The notes beneath the pieces are model-generated. The model did no database searches. It was not told where the DNA came from and saw only the letters and a program-made list of their open reading frames with translations. Below, in pieces: positions 18,706 through 29,665 of a DNA stretch of 64,000 nt. The stretch lies in the IMG/VR virus record IMGVR_UViG_3300035670_009001. One strand, 5' to 3'. Within the stretch, counting starts at the first letter, position 1, and the number at the start of each line of letters is the position of its first letter. Source of the stretch: an uncultured virus (IMG/VR IMGVR_UViG_3300035670_009001) (taxonomy: Duplodnaviria; Heunggongvirae; Uroviricota; Caudoviricetes). A program made the position numbers and the translations under genes.

Positions 18706-19353
18706 TTATGGACAGGTTACAAAATCAATTATAGTCCCCGTTGTGTCAACTTGGACTGCGTAATCATTTCCTCCGAAAGTGAATTTTGTGTAATTATTGT
18801 TCCCATTGTATGGATTAAATAAAGCACCACCAAATGCAGTTTGGAATATTTTTACACCAATTACAGGCATCGTATCAGCTTCATTAATGTAGGTGTAATA
18901 ATACAAAAATGTATAAGAGTCACTACACACTAAATCGGAAGTTGGGAATGTATTTTGACCTCTTTGATGAAGCGAGAATGCTGGTGTAACTGAAGGTGTT
19001 GGAGTGAAAGTTGGAGTAGTGGTTGGAGTGTTTGTGACCGTAGGGGTTACACTTAAAGTAGAAATTGGAGTTTTAGTTGGGGTGGGCGTATTGGTTGGTG
19101 TCTTAGTTACCGTAGGTGTTACATTTGAGGTTGGTGTTGGAGTTATGTAAATTATTTCTCCGTCAATACAATTATTATTATCTTCTATTTTTATAACAAT
19201 ATCTGTCTCATCATATGGTGGTGGGACAGTGAAGGTGTAAGGAAAAACTGAAACAGTTGCTACAGAAACACAATCACCACTCGAAGAATTACAATAGAAT
19301 ACCTCGACTGGTGTATTAGCGGTGACCGAATTTATGGTTACTTGTTGACTCAT
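18706..19353 (-). CDS. Thr/Pro-rich probable virion protein
   Basis: N-terminal module shared with 19366..20778, followed by a TPT tract. Confidence 0.6.
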   Translation of the reverse strand: MSQQVTINSVTANTPVEVFYCNSSSGDCVSVATVSVFPYTFTVPPPYDETDIVIKIEDNNNCIDGEIIYITPTPTSNVTPTVTKTPTNTPTPTKTPISTLSVTPTVTNTPTTTPTFTPTPSVTPAFSLHQRGQNTFPTSDLVCSDSYTFLYYYTYINEADTMPVIGVKIFQTAFGGALFNPYNGNNNYTKFTFGGNDYAVQVDTTGTIIDFVTCP

Positions 19354-19365
19354 ATCTATGGAATT

Positions 19366-20778
19366 TTAGGTTGAACTTGGTGTTGGTGTTATAGTCGGCG
19401 TAATAGTTGGTGTCGGTGTCGGCAACAAACAATTCATCAGTGTTCCAAAAGGATTCAAAAATGCAATATCATTCACCTCATATCCATTATATTCACTAAA
19501 TTCACCGAATACAACGTGTACGCCATTTCTCAAAATAATTCCAGTGTTAAAAGTGTTTGCCGAAAAAACTAAACCAGTACCGTAATTGAATGACTCATCA
19601 ACACTACCATCCGAATTTAATTGTATTAGTCCCTCAGCTGAAATTGAATTGTAAGTATCAAAGTCACCTATCACAAAATATTTATCTGAGTATTTAATAA
19701 CCGTCGTTGCATATGATAATCCGCTAAATCGATAAAAACCTGTGTTTGAATCAAAAGTATTATCAATCGATCCATCACTATTCAATCTCACAATCTTTCC
19801 AGCTGTTTGTCCATCATATTCAAAAAATGCACCGACAACTACTAATTTATTACCATCTAATAATCCTGAGGATGCCACTCCATTAAATCCACTGCCGCTA
19901 TTAAATGAATTATCAATAGACCCGTCGTCATTCAATCTAATGATTCTACTGTGTGAATTTCCATCGAATAGTGTAAATCCTCCCAATATTATTATTTTAC
20001 CATCTGATTGTAATAGAATATCATATACAGTATTATTGAATCCAGTACCGATTGTGAATGAGTTATCTACACTTCCATCACTATTTAACCTTATCAAATC
20101 TTTGTAAGGAATTCCGTTGTACTGTGTGAATGCACCACCAACTAATATTTTACCATCAGTCTGAACTTTGATAACATAAACCACTCCATCAAATCCAGTT
20201 CCAGTATCGAAAGTATTATCAAAAGTCCCATCATTATTTAGTCTGGCAATTTTTTCAGTTGGTGTACCATCGTAAAAACTAAACAATCCTCCTAATAATA
20301 TTTTTCCGTCACTTTGTAATTCTACATCGAAAACAACATTATCAAATCCTGTTCCGACATTAAATGTCTCGTCAATGCTAGCATCACTATTTACTCTGAC
20401 AATTCTATTGAACGGAAGTCCACTGTATGTTGTAAATTCCCCTACAAAAATAATTTTATCATCTTGGTCTTCGATAGCCGCCTCAGCTTGATTATTGAAT
20501 CCACCGTTGAAACTATAACAATAATTCCAAGGTGTTGGTGTCGGTGTAACAAAGAAACTTACCGAACTTGTACCAGAAATTATACAGTCATTTGCGTCAA
20601 TTGCCTTTATCATATAATTCGCAGATGTGTCATTAGGGGCTGGTATATCAAACACATATGGAAATGATGAATCCGTTATTGTTGATATATAAAAGCAACC
20701 CGATCCATCTACCTGACAAACATAAATGTCATACGGAGTTTGTCCTGAAATATCGTTTATTGTTACTTGTACTGCCAT
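19366..20778 (-). CDS. delta-60 (DUF5122-like) beta-propeller repeat protein with TP tracts
   Basis: repeated Q.DGKIL.GG.F..Y.G.....RLN.DGS.D..F..GTGF units. Confidence 0.85.
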   Translation of the reverse strand: MAVQVTINDISGQTPYDIYVCQVDGSGCFYISTITDSSFPYVFDIPAPNDTSANYMIKAIDANDCIISGTSSVSFFVTPTPTPWNYCYSFNGGFNNQAEAAIEDQDDKIIFVGEFTTYSGLPFNRIVRVNSDASIDETFNVGTGFDNVVFDVELQSDGKILLGGLFSFYDGTPTEKIARLNNDGTFDNTFDTGTGFDGVVYVIKVQTDGKILVGGAFTQYNGIPYKDLIRLNSDGSVDNSFTIGTGFNNTVYDILLQSDGKIIILGGFTLFDGNSHSRIIRLNDDGSIDNSFNSGSGFNGVASSGLLDGNKLVVVGAFFEYDGQTAGKIVRLNSDGSIDNTFDSNTGFYRFSGLSYATTVIKYSDKYFVIGDFDTYNSISAEGLIQLNSDGSVDESFNYGTGLVFSANTFNTGIILRNGVHVVFGEFSEYNGYEVNDIAFLNPFGTLMNCLLPTPTPTITPTITPTPSST

Positions 20779-20790
20779 ATCATATTTTTT

Positions 20791-23700
20791 TTAACATTGT
20801 ATTGATGATAAACCGATTACTACTCCTGACCCATTCAAATCCCAATTCGCACCTTGGTGGAATACATATATTTCACTTACCACAGTTATCAATGTGGAGT
20901 CGTCATATAATATACATCCAGGGTTTATTTCGGTGCAATTAGAATATAATGTTTTAGGGTTGATGATTGCATCAGAACAAGCATCTCCCACACTTATATT
21001 ACTAACTCCACTGTTTCCAAATGTACCGATATTGGCCGTCGCACATGTGACACAATCAGTAAAGGTTTGACTTGGAACTCCTGTAAAATAGTTACCTCCA
21101 AAATTAATTGGAGTAACTCTTGGAGGTGAAATGTAGCTACTATTAAATTGTCCAACATAATACCAGCAATTTCCATCGTTGTCTTTGAAGACCTCATTAA
21201 CAGCAATTATGAAAGAAACTGGTTGTGTCTGAATGACTTGAGTTATTGAGCCTCTTCCTCCACCAATTGCGTTACAAGATTGATAAACATACAGGAAATT
21301 AGGTGTTGCTGATGGAGATGCTGTTATAGATGGTGTAGGTGTATTTGTAGCTGTCGGAGTTCTAGTCTGAGTTGGTGTAGGTGGAGGTGTGGTACCATTT
21401 GTCGCAGTTTGTGATGGTGTTGCGGTTTGGGTTGCAGTCACGCTTGGTGTAATACCGGCAGTTGATGTTGGGGTATTTGTTGGTGTTGAAGTTACGGTTG
21501 GTGTTGGAGTTGGTATTGTACTACAGAATTCACAAGAAGAATAAATTTGTACAATGTCCCCAAGATTACTGTTAGATGACAAGTTATTATCGTCTCTTGT
21601 ATATACAACACAACGATTTATACCATTGACTTGAACGAACATGGTCATACCAATCAATACAGGTGTTCCTGCAAATGATAATGAATCATTAGTATAGAAT
21701 TCCTCACCTGTGTTACAATCAGTTAATACTTTTACAGATACACAACTGAAGGTTTGGTCCATTAGCTCGAAAGATACACTACCTCCAATAGATACAGTTC
21801 TCGTTAATGTTACCGAAGGAGTTAAGGTTACAGACGGAGTGGTTGGAGTATAACCACTTAAAATAAAATCTAAACCCAATCCAACACAAACATTTGTAGG
21901 TGTTTGTGATGGTGTTGGAGTAACCCCGATAGAACTAATTGTAAAATTAACATCATCACATGCAATACTTGGAGTTGGAGTTGTTGGTGGAGTGTAAGCA
22001 CAATCAAAATAAGCTTCAAAATCGAACGTAGAACAATCCACTCCAGTTGGTGTCGGTGTCGGACAAATTCCTCCAACAAAATCATTTGCAGATATGTCAG
22101 GACACGCAGAATAACATGGATTAGAACCTCTTAGCAAACAAGCTCCGTCCAAAATATCACTCAGACACCAAAAGTCTCCTGTGTAATAAATTACCGCAGA
22201 AGTTACTCCATCCCCAGAGAAATAATTTCTACCGTTGTGAGTACCAGCCAACTCGTAGTTTCCATTGTAACCTGAAAAAGATGGTAAAGTCGTGTAAAAA
22301 CAAAAATCAGTAAATGCACATGCTGAAGGGGAAGGGGATATTGTTGGAGTTTGTGTCGGCGTAGGTTGCGGTGTATTTGTTGGAGTTGGAGTAGGGACGC
22401 AAAATGTACAATCATCATAATCAGGATCATTGAGGTCTGGTCCTCCTGGTCCTGAAAATTCGACAAAGCTATAACACTCTCCATTATGTAAATACGCGGC
22501 TCCAAAAAACGCAGTATCTTCTCTTACATTCGCATAAAATACACTACCATCGGAACACTTATATAATAGTGCCGCCACATTAGATTCGGTTGGGCATATC
22601 GCATCCGCACATCCCGAAGCAGTCTGTTGGAAAGTATAGACCCCTCCATCATACAGGGGTCCTGTACCTGTGGTATTAACAACAGTTGCACATCCTGAAA
22701 ATTCAGTCCCCCCACTTATATAATAAACCGCCCCCATATTTAGGGTCATCGGTATATCAAAAAACCTAAATATGTTTGAACTGTTAGTACAATCTTGAAA
22801 CTGTACTGTATATCCCGGTGTTTGTGTTGGAGTTGGAGTTTGTGTTGAAGTCGATGTGTTTGTAGGTGTTTGGGTTGAGGTGTTTGTAGGGGTCTGTGTT
22901 GGTGTTGAAGTCGATGTGTTTGTAGGTGTTTGTGTTGGTGTTGAAGTCGATGTGTTTGTAGGTGTTTGGGTCTGTGTAGGTGTTTCAGTTGGGGTCTGTG
23001 TAGGAGTTTGCGTTGTTGTGTTTGTGGGAGTTTGTGTAGGTGTTTCAGTTGGAGTTTGAGTTGGAGTTTCTGTTGGAGTCGCGGTACTTCCGATTGTGGC
23101 AGTCGGAGTCTGAGTTGGAGTTTCTGACGGGGTTTGCGTTGGTGTTTCAGTTGGAGTTGATGTAGGGGTTGGAGTTGGGGTTGGGGTTTCTCCTATTGTA
23201 GGAGTTGGAGTTGGAGTAATTCCTTCAATACATCCACCACTACAGAAACTCTCGTCGACTTGAATTATAGTCAACCCTGGCGTTGCCGAATAGCTTCCTA
23301 TAATCGCACAAAAATAAGCAGCCGGTGCACCAAATGGTACGTTATCAATCGATTGGGGGACATGATTACAATCTGAATATGTTATTGTATTACTCCCCGA
23401 CGGCTCACCTTCATTAGTATATTGGTAACAAACACAATTATCTACAGGTGTCGGAGTTGGTGTACTAGTCAATGTTGGCGATGGTGTCATTACTTCACAA
23501 TCCATTAAATCCGTTATCGAACCTCCAGTAATTTGAATTGTTACACCAATCGAAGTTCCCGAGTCGCTTTTATACCAATTATTCCCTACAACTCCTTGCC
23601 ATACTACGGTATATCCTGAATCACCATAAACAGTACTACCCGAGGTATATGCTTCACTCCAAGTAGATGGTGCAGGAGAACCAGAAAAATATACAGTTGC

Positions 23701-23793
23701 ACCAGTATAGGGAACTGATTCACATGCTAACGTGGACCCACTCCATCCTTCTAAGTCAATGTCTTTGTAAAAAAGTTGTAGAGTACTTGGCAT
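20791..23793 (-). CDS. large mucin-like Thr/Pro-rich, Cys-rich probable virion protein
   Basis: several long TPT[QN]T tracts separating small Cys-containing domains; no signal peptide. Confidence 0.65.
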   Translation of the reverse strand: MPSTLQLFYKDIDLEGWSGSTLACESVPYTGATVYFSGSPAPSTWSEAYTSGSTVYGDSGYTVVWQGVVGNNWYKSDSGTSIGVTIQITGGSITDLMDCEVMTPSPTLTSTPTPTPVDNCVCYQYTNEGEPSGSNTITYSDCNHVPQSIDNVPFGAPAAYFCAIIGSYSATPGLTIIQVDESFCSGGCIEGITPTPTPTIGETPTPTPTPTSTPTETPTQTPSETPTQTPTATIGSTATPTETPTQTPTETPTQTPTNTTTQTPTQTPTETPTQTQTPTNTSTSTPTQTPTNTSTSTPTQTPTNTSTQTPTNTSTSTQTPTPTQTPGYTVQFQDCTNSSNIFRFFDIPMTLNMGAVYYISGGTEFSGCATVVNTTGTGPLYDGGVYTFQQTASGCADAICPTESNVAALLYKCSDGSVFYANVREDTAFFGAAYLHNGECYSFVEFSGPGGPDLNDPDYDDCTFCVPTPTPTNTPQPTPTQTPTISPSPSACAFTDFCFYTTLPSFSGYNGNYELAGTHNGRNYFSGDGVTSAVIYYTGDFWCLSDILDGACLLRGSNPCYSACPDISANDFVGGICPTPTPTGVDCSTFDFEAYFDCAYTPPTTPTPSIACDDVNFTISSIGVTPTPSQTPTNVCVGLGLDFILSGYTPTTPSVTLTPSVTLTRTVSIGGSVSFELMDQTFSCVSVKVLTDCNTGEEFYTNDSLSFAGTPVLIGMTMFVQVNGINRCVVYTRDDNNLSSNSNLGDIVQIYSSCEFCSTIPTPTPTVTSTPTNTPTSTAGITPSVTATQTATPSQTATNGTTPPPTPTQTRTPTATNTPTPSITASPSATPNFLYVYQSCNAIGGGRGSITQVIQTQPVSFIIAVNEVFKDNDGNCWYYVGQFNSSYISPPRVTPINFGGNYFTGVPSQTFTDCVTCATANIGTFGNSGVSNISVGDACSDAIINPKTLYSNCTEINPGCILYDDSTLITVVSEIYVFHQGANWDLNGSGVVIGLSSIQC
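22843..22968. repeat. 30-nt exact repeat, three copies, inside the TPT tract
   Basis: tgttgaagtcgatgtgtttgtaggtgtttg at 22843, 22903 and 22939. Confidence 0.85.
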
Positions 23794-23811
23794 AAAATTT
23801 TTGTCTTACAA

Positions 23812-23899
23812 TATAAATAACCAGATTATTGGTTTTTGTTATTCCCATAATATAGTTTTCCAAAAAAGGAAATAAAGCAAGTTCATGATAATATTTATA
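23812..23899. promoter_or_regulatory. divergent intergenic region with TATTTATA on each outgoing coding strand
   Basis: tataaata at 23812-23819 (TATTTATA on -) and tatttata at 23892-23899 (+). Confidence 0.5.
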
Positions 23900-23904
23900 A
23901 GTGT

Positions 23905-24075
23905 ATGAAACTTATAAAGACAATCGAAAAAATAATTCAAGAAGCAGAGGAACAATATAATTTAGCCTGTGAATCATGTGTACCAGTTGAAGAATTAGAC
24001 CGACTCGAAAAACATTATAAAGATTCACTAAAACTTATGAAGCTATATAAGTCCGAACAACGTTCTAAAAAATAA
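23905..24075 (+). CDS. small protein, 56 aa (MKLIKTIEKIIQEAEEQYNLACESCVPVEELDRLEKHYKDSLKLMKLYKSEQRSKK), not in the ORF track
   Basis: translated by hand; TATTTATA 5 nt upstream. Confidence 0.6.
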   Translation: MKLIKTIEKIIQEAEEQYNLACESCVPVEELDRLEKHYKDSLKLMKLYKSEQRSKK

Positions 24076-24121
24076 CTTTTTTTAATAGATTTTACCTCAT
24101 TCTTTCATATATTTTACCAAT

Positions 24122-25063
24122 ATGAAAGACCCATTATTAGATTTACATCTAAGTCGAGGACTCGGAGACACAATCAGTGCAACACCATCACTTCGAAAAC
24201 TTTTTTATGCCTACGGTAAAAAAATATCAGTATTAACCGAACATACTGAGATTTTCAAAAATAATAAGTATGTCAACAACGTATATAATGTAAATCATAC
24301 CTCCAGAGAAGATCTCTCGGAGAGATATGAACTTTTAGTAAGTTTTGCGCCCAATCTCGAAAATGAATATAAATTGGGATTACGTCATAATGTAATGGAC
24401 ATTAGACAATTCCACGCATCAGGATTAGGTTTCACTCTTTTTCCTGAAGAGTGCGAAACTGATTACGTTCCTGATGAATGGGTTCCGATAGAAAATTTAC
24501 CTGATAAATTCGTTTTGATACATCCAGTTCAAAGTTGGGCGGCAAGAACTTGGTCATCCGAAAAGTGGGAATTATTAACCCGAATGCTAAATGATTCAGG
24601 AATTTCTGTTGTCTCTGTTGGTAAATCATCAAGTGAAGTGGGACATCACATGGTTCAAAAACCAGTTTTTGATTTCCCTATTAAGATGGGATTAAATCTG
24701 ATGAATTCAACGTCTATTTCCCAAACTTGGTGGTTGATTCAAAAAAGTATGGCCTTTGTTACAATGGACTCAGGATTATTACATTTGGCAGGAACTACAG
24801 ATGCAAACATTATACAGTTGGGAGGTTCTGTACATTGGAAACTCAGAGCACCTTATAGACAAGGGCGACAAGATTACAAATATCATTATATTGATGGGGA
24901 TTGTAAAATTGCTTGTGCTTCGGATATGAGATACGGTGTAAAAGAATGGGGTTCAATCAGAGGAATTCCTCCCCTCGTAGGTTGCCTTGAAGGCAAGCAA
25001 GAATTCGTTTGTCACCCAAATGTAAATCAGGTTTATAATAAATTAATTAATTTATCAAAATAA
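24122..25063 (+). CDS. GT9-like (heptosyltransferase-type) glycosyltransferase
   Basis: GLGDTISATP, IHP..SW..RTW, DSGLLHLA; C-terminal Cys cluster. Confidence 0.8.
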   Translation: MKDPLLDLHLSRGLGDTISATPSLRKLFYAYGKKISVLTEHTEIFKNNKYVNNVYNVNHTSREDLSERYELLVSFAPNLENEYKLGLRHNVMDIRQFHASGLGFTLFPEECETDYVPDEWVPIENLPDKFVLIHPVQSWAARTWSSEKWELLTRMLNDSGISVVSVGKSSSEVGHHMVQKPVFDFPIKMGLNLMNSTSISQTWWLIQKSMAFVTMDSGLLHLAGTTDANIIQLGGSVHWKLRAPYRQGRQDYKYHYIDGDCKIACASDMRYGVKEWGSIRGIPPLVGCLEGKQEFVCHPNVNQVYNKLINLSK

Positions 25064-25064
25064 G

Positions 25065-28000
25065 ATGTTAGAAATCACTTCTGAAGTACCAAAAAAATTT
25101 GAGAAGGTATTTGTACTTTATTCGACAGAAAATTACTTCGACATTGTAACCGAATGTGCGAAATCTATTAGAGAGTTCAGTAAATTACCAATAATCATAT
25201 ACCTTATCAACTCCGATAAAAAAATTGAACTCGATAATACAACAACAATAAGATGGGATTGTGACATCGATGGTTTGTCAGATAATTCATATTTGATTGA
25301 TAACAACAATTTTTATATTAATAGAAAAAACCCGGCAATCTACAACATATTAATTCAAAGACCTTTGATAATGAAAGACGTATTATCAAAGTATTCCAAT
25401 ATGGCTTGTTACGTGGATAGTGATTCAGTAGCAACACCATTGGTGGATACCATTTTTTCTTACTTCAAAGAAGATTCTTTCCACCCGTATTTTGTTGAAG
25501 GGATATACGAATTTCTTAAATTCGAAGGACGTGGAGGTGGAGGAGCCTTAGGGGGTGGTTGGTCGGACACATTGGAACATAACGCTTGCGAACTTTTCAA
25601 CGTTGACCAAACGGTTAGGAAATACTATAGACAAACAGGTTATTTTGTTGCAGGTCAAAATAACTTTGACTTTTTAGACGAGTGGTATTGGATGTGTAAT
25701 CATCCTAAAATTATAAAAAATATCGGAAAGTACGCTCCATATGACGAGGAAACAATATCAAACGTTTTATTATGGAAATATAATATCCAAGAAGGGTTAC
25801 CTTATATATATGTTAATGGTTCTGTCGAAACTGTTGATAAAATGTACAACAAGGTTGAATATAAAGGTCCAGGAACTTTTAACTTCGATGGTAACTGGCT
25901 ACGAATACCATATTATAAAGAACATTTATTATTCTTCCATGGAGAAAAAAATCCACAACTTATGAGACAGATGGTTGAAGAAATAAAAAAATATACTTTA
26001 GATTCTAACGTTAGAGAATATCCTAATATTAACCCAAGTAAAAATTGGGGTGACATCATCACTAAATTTATCTTAGAACATTTTTCAGGAATAAAGTTAA
26101 ATGACGAAGATGTTTTTCATTATGACCAATTCGGAAAAATACCTCATAAAAACGGTAAAATTATTGGAGTGGGTAGCATTGCCCGATTCATAAAACCTAA
26201 CGATTATGTTTGGGGGACGGGTTCTATCGATAATGATAGTATTGGACAAATACCAAAAAAAATATATGCGGTACGAGGCCCTAATACAAGAGAAGTTCTC
26301 ATGAGACATGATTGGGAAGTGCCTGAGGTATATGGAGACCCCGCTCTTTTGTTTCCCAAGATTTACAATCCCAAAATAGATAAAAAATATAAATATGGTT
26401 TAGTGCCTCATTATGAACATTACTCAACTAAAGAAGGATTGTTATCCATAAACAGAATTGAGGATTTAGGTATTAAAATAATAAATGTAACATCAGGTAT
26501 TCACGAATTTATAGACCAACTTTTAGAATGTGAAAACATTTTATCATCGAGCTTACATGGACTTATCGCCGCCGACGCATATAGAATACCAAATTATAGA
26601 GTCAACATATCACATGAATTACAAGGAGGAGATTTTAAGTTTCTTGACTATTATTCTTCAGTGAAGAGGAATCACTACCAACCCTTAAATTTATCGTCAC
26701 GAACTGTGATTGAAGAAATAGAAAATTTGAAATTCGGTTTAGGAGATATTTCAATCACAAAAGATTTATTGGAGAATTCTCCTTGGGAAGATCTTGAATG
26801 TGAATATTTCCCTAATCATAAAAAACTCAGAGTGTTATATTTGGCCCCCCACCTGTCCACAGGAGGTATGCCATCTTACCTTCTCAAACGGATTGAAACT
26901 ATTTCACAACACTATCCTTTTGTAGAATTTTTCTTGGCAGAATTCTGTCAATACTCAACATTGTATACAGTCCAACGTGATAGAATAAAAGAAATCATAC
27001 CCGAGGAAAGATTTTGGACAATAAACACATTGGATGACCACGATGTGGAAAACTCAATGAAAGTGATTGATATAATTAAAACTCATTATATTGACATAGT
27101 ACATGTTGATGAAATGATTGAAGGGTTTGATTCATTCAACAAAGTTCCAGATGAATTGAAAAATGCTCTGTATGATAATGATAGAACTTGGAAAGTGGTT
27201 GAAACTTGTCACAACATATGGTTCGATCCAGGTTCATCTAAGCTATTCCATCCAGATGGATATGCATTGTGTACCCCTTACCATTTAGAAACTTTCAAAG
27301 AGATGCCGTCTCATAAAGAAGTTTTTGAATTTCCAATAGAAAACAAATTCAGATCACGTGTGGAACAAGTACGTGCCCAAGAGGAATTAGGTTTGGATAT
27401 TACAAAAGTACATATTATTAACGTTGGTCTTTGGACTTCGGGAAAAAACCAAGGTGAAGGGATTGAAATCGCAAGATATTTCCAAGACCGAAATGTAGAA
27501 TTTCATTTTGTAGGAAACCAAGCATCAAACTTCGAAAGTTATTGGGGTCCACTAATTTCAAATTTACCTTCTAATGTTCGTATTTGGGGAGAAAGAAATG
27601 ATGTTGAAACATTTATGAAAGCGTCTGACATTTTGATGTTCAATTCTACTTGGGAGTGTAATCCTTTAGTTATCAGAGAAGCAGCATCTTTGGGTCTTAA
27701 AATAATTGCAAGAGATTTACCTCAGTATGTTGGTATGTTTAATGGTTTGATTACCCCCTTAGTAGATGATATCACCACAAATGTTACATCACTACGGAGA
27801 TTAATTTCATTAAGTCGGGATTATAAAATCGTAGATGGGATGGCAAAAGATTTTGCGGATAGACATTACAACTTTTATAAATTTCTACAATCTCAAGAAC
27901 CGAGAAAAAAAACCAAAACAACTTCAAAAGTACACATTAAACAATTTTTCATAAACGAACCATTTTTAGAAATTTTGGGACAAAGTGACAGTGTTTATGA

Positions 28001-28994
28001 TGTTAAATTTTTTGATGAACATGGTATTTGTCATTATCACAATAAAATTCAATCTAACCATTGGGTTAAATTGAACCGCAGGTATTTTACAAAGTGGAAT
28101 ACAAAAATTCTTGAAGATGGTGTACTAATATACGATAACACCCTTAATTATACAGGTAAGCGAGTTTTTATAAATTTTGACAGTAGTTCCTTAGGCGACA
28201 CTATATCTTGGATTCCTTATACTTTGGAGTTCAAAAATTATCACCAATGTGATGTAATTGTCTCAACATATTGGAACCATCTTTTCCGTGAATCATACCC
28301 TGAAATTGAATTCGTTGAACCGGGGAGCATTGTGAACAATATATATGGTCAGTACAATATTGGTTGGTATTATGATATTAACAAAGAACCTACATTACCA
28401 AATACTATACCTTTACAACAAGCTGCAACAAACATTTTGGGATTACCATTTAATGAAATTAAACCGAGAATTTCATATAAAATAAATGAAAGACCTTACG
28501 AAGAAAAATATGTGACAATCGCGACTAACTCTACAGCTGGTTGTAAATTTTGGACGAGGGACGGTTGGCAAGAACTTATAAACCATCTTAATTCCTTAGG
28601 ATATAAAGTTATTAACGTGTCAAAAGAAAATAACCCATTCCACAATTGCGAAAAAATAAAAGATACTTCAATGGATTATACTATGAACGTTATTCATCAC
28701 AGCGAATTCTTTATTGGTTTGTCAAGTGGGCTATCTTGGTTATCTTGGGCGATTGGAAAACACGTAGTTATGATAAGTAATTTTACAGAATCTGATCATG
28801 AGTTCACCACCAATTGTACAAGAATCACCAATCCAAATGTTTGTAATGGTTGTTGGAACAACCCAATTCACAAATTTGATAAAGGAGATTGGGATTGGTG
28901 CCCAATTCATAAAGGAACTCCACGTCAATTTGAATGTCATACTTCAATAACCTCCGAAATGGTAATTAACAAAATACAACACTTATTAAAATGA
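25065..28994 (+). CDS. four-domain glycosyltransferase: GT-A (DxD) + polysaccharide pyruvyltransferase + GT4-like + Aah/TibC-like protein O-heptosyltransferase
   Basis: YVDSD; NWGD..VRGP..DPALL..SSLHG; APHLSTGGMP..ECNPLVIREA; SLGDTI.W..FIGLSSGLSWL.W..CNGCWN..FD..DW.WCP.HKGT.RQFEC. Confidence 0.85.
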   Translation: MLEITSEVPKKFEKVFVLYSTENYFDIVTECAKSIREFSKLPIIIYLINSDKKIELDNTTTIRWDCDIDGLSDNSYLIDNNNFYINRKNPAIYNILIQRPLIMKDVLSKYSNMACYVDSDSVATPLVDTIFSYFKEDSFHPYFVEGIYEFLKFEGRGGGGALGGGWSDTLEHNACELFNVDQTVRKYYRQTGYFVAGQNNFDFLDEWYWMCNHPKIIKNIGKYAPYDEETISNVLLWKYNIQEGLPYIYVNGSVETVDKMYNKVEYKGPGTFNFDGNWLRIPYYKEHLLFFHGEKNPQLMRQMVEEIKKYTLDSNVREYPNINPSKNWGDIITKFILEHFSGIKLNDEDVFHYDQFGKIPHKNGKIIGVGSIARFIKPNDYVWGTGSIDNDSIGQIPKKIYAVRGPNTREVLMRHDWEVPEVYGDPALLFPKIYNPKIDKKYKYGLVPHYEHYSTKEGLLSINRIEDLGIKIINVTSGIHEFIDQLLECENILSSSLHGLIAADAYRIPNYRVNISHELQGGDFKFLDYYSSVKRNHYQPLNLSSRTVIEEIENLKFGLGDISITKDLLENSPWEDLECEYFPNHKKLRVLYLAPHLSTGGMPSYLLKRIETISQHYPFVEFFLAEFCQYSTLYTVQRDRIKEIIPEERFWTINTLDDHDVENSMKVIDIIKTHYIDIVHVDEMIEGFDSFNKVPDELKNALYDNDRTWKVVETCHNIWFDPGSSKLFHPDGYALCTPYHLETFKEMPSHKEVFEFPIENKFRSRVEQVRAQEELGLDITKVHIINVGLWTSGKNQGEGIEIARYFQDRNVEFHFVGNQASNFESYWGPLISNLPSNVRIWGERNDVETFMKASDILMFNSTWECNPLVIREAASLGLKIIARDLPQYVGMFNGLITPLVDDITTNVTSLRRLISLSRDYKIVDGMAKDFADRHYNFYKFLQSQEPRKKTKTTSKVHIKQFFINEPFLEILGQSDSVYDVKFFDEHGICHYHNKIQSNHWVKLNRRYFTKWNTKILEDGVLIYDNTLNYTGKRVFINFDSSSLGDTISWIPYTLEFKNYHQCDVIVSTYWNHLFRESYPEIEFVEPGSIVNNIYGQYNIGWYYDINKEPTLPNTIPLQQAATNILGLPFNEIKPRISYKINERPYEEKYVTIATNSTAGCKFWTRDGWQELINHLNSLGYKVINVSKENNPFHNCEKIKDTSMDYTMNVIHHSEFFIGLSSGLSWLSWAIGKHVVMISNFTESDHEFTTNCTRITNPNVCNGCWNNPIHKFDKGDWDWCPIHKGTPRQFECHTSITSEMVINKIQHLLK

Positions 28995-29665
28995 ACTCAG
29001 AAAACTTTATTTGGGAACCTAAATGTTATGATGGTTTTAGAGAAACCGTTGAAAAAGAAATTTTTGTAGATAAAATTTATGAAAGATTTTTTGAGGTTGA
29101 GGAGGGAGACATTGTATTCGATATTGGAGCAAGTTTAGGCCCATTCGCATATTCAATACTACATAAAAACCCTTCTCACGTGTTTGCATTCGAACCAAGT
29201 TATGAAGAATTCAAAACATTAGTTTTGAACACAAGGCATGGTAATGTGACTCAGATAAACAAAGGAATTAGTAGTACTATCGGTGAATTTAATTTCACAG
29301 ATGTTTTTGACACCTCAGGTAATTACAAACTTTATTCAACAACTTTCAATAAAGTAATACAAGATTATAATATCGATAAAATTGATTTTCTAAAAACGGA
29401 TTGTGAAACTGGTGAATATGATATCTTTACACTTGAAAATTTATTTTGGATAAAAAATAATGTTCGAAAAATATCAGGTGAATGGCATTTAAGACAGCCT
29501 TGGATGAAAGAAAAGTTTCGGATATTCCGAGACGTTTATTTAAGAGTTTTCACCAATTTCAAAGTGTTCTCATTTGATGGAGTTGACATTACATGGTCTT
29601 TATGGAATGACAATTTTATCCCATATTATAATGAAGTTATGATTTATATTGATAATAGAAACTAA
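28991..29665 (+). CDS. FkbM family SAM-dependent methyltransferase
   Basis: VFDIGASLG, AFEP, IDFLKTDCE.GE. Confidence 0.85.
   Translation: MNSENFIWEPKCYDGFRETVEKEIFVDKIYERFFEVEEGDIVFDIGASLGPFAYSILHKNPSHVFAFEPSYEEFKTLVLNTRHGNVTQINKGISSTIGEFNFTDVFDTSGNYKLYSTTFNKVIQDYNIDKIDFLKTDCETGEYDIFTLENLFWIKNNVRKISGEWHLRQPWMKEKFRIFRDVYLRVFTNFKVFSFDGVDITWSLWNDNFIPYYNEVMIYIDNRN

Noticed and set aside
8700..23220. Direct repeats considered as a possible CRISPR array
   Set aside because: They are in-frame coding repeats without unique spacers, and no cas operon is present; the 10999 nuclease sits in a replication context
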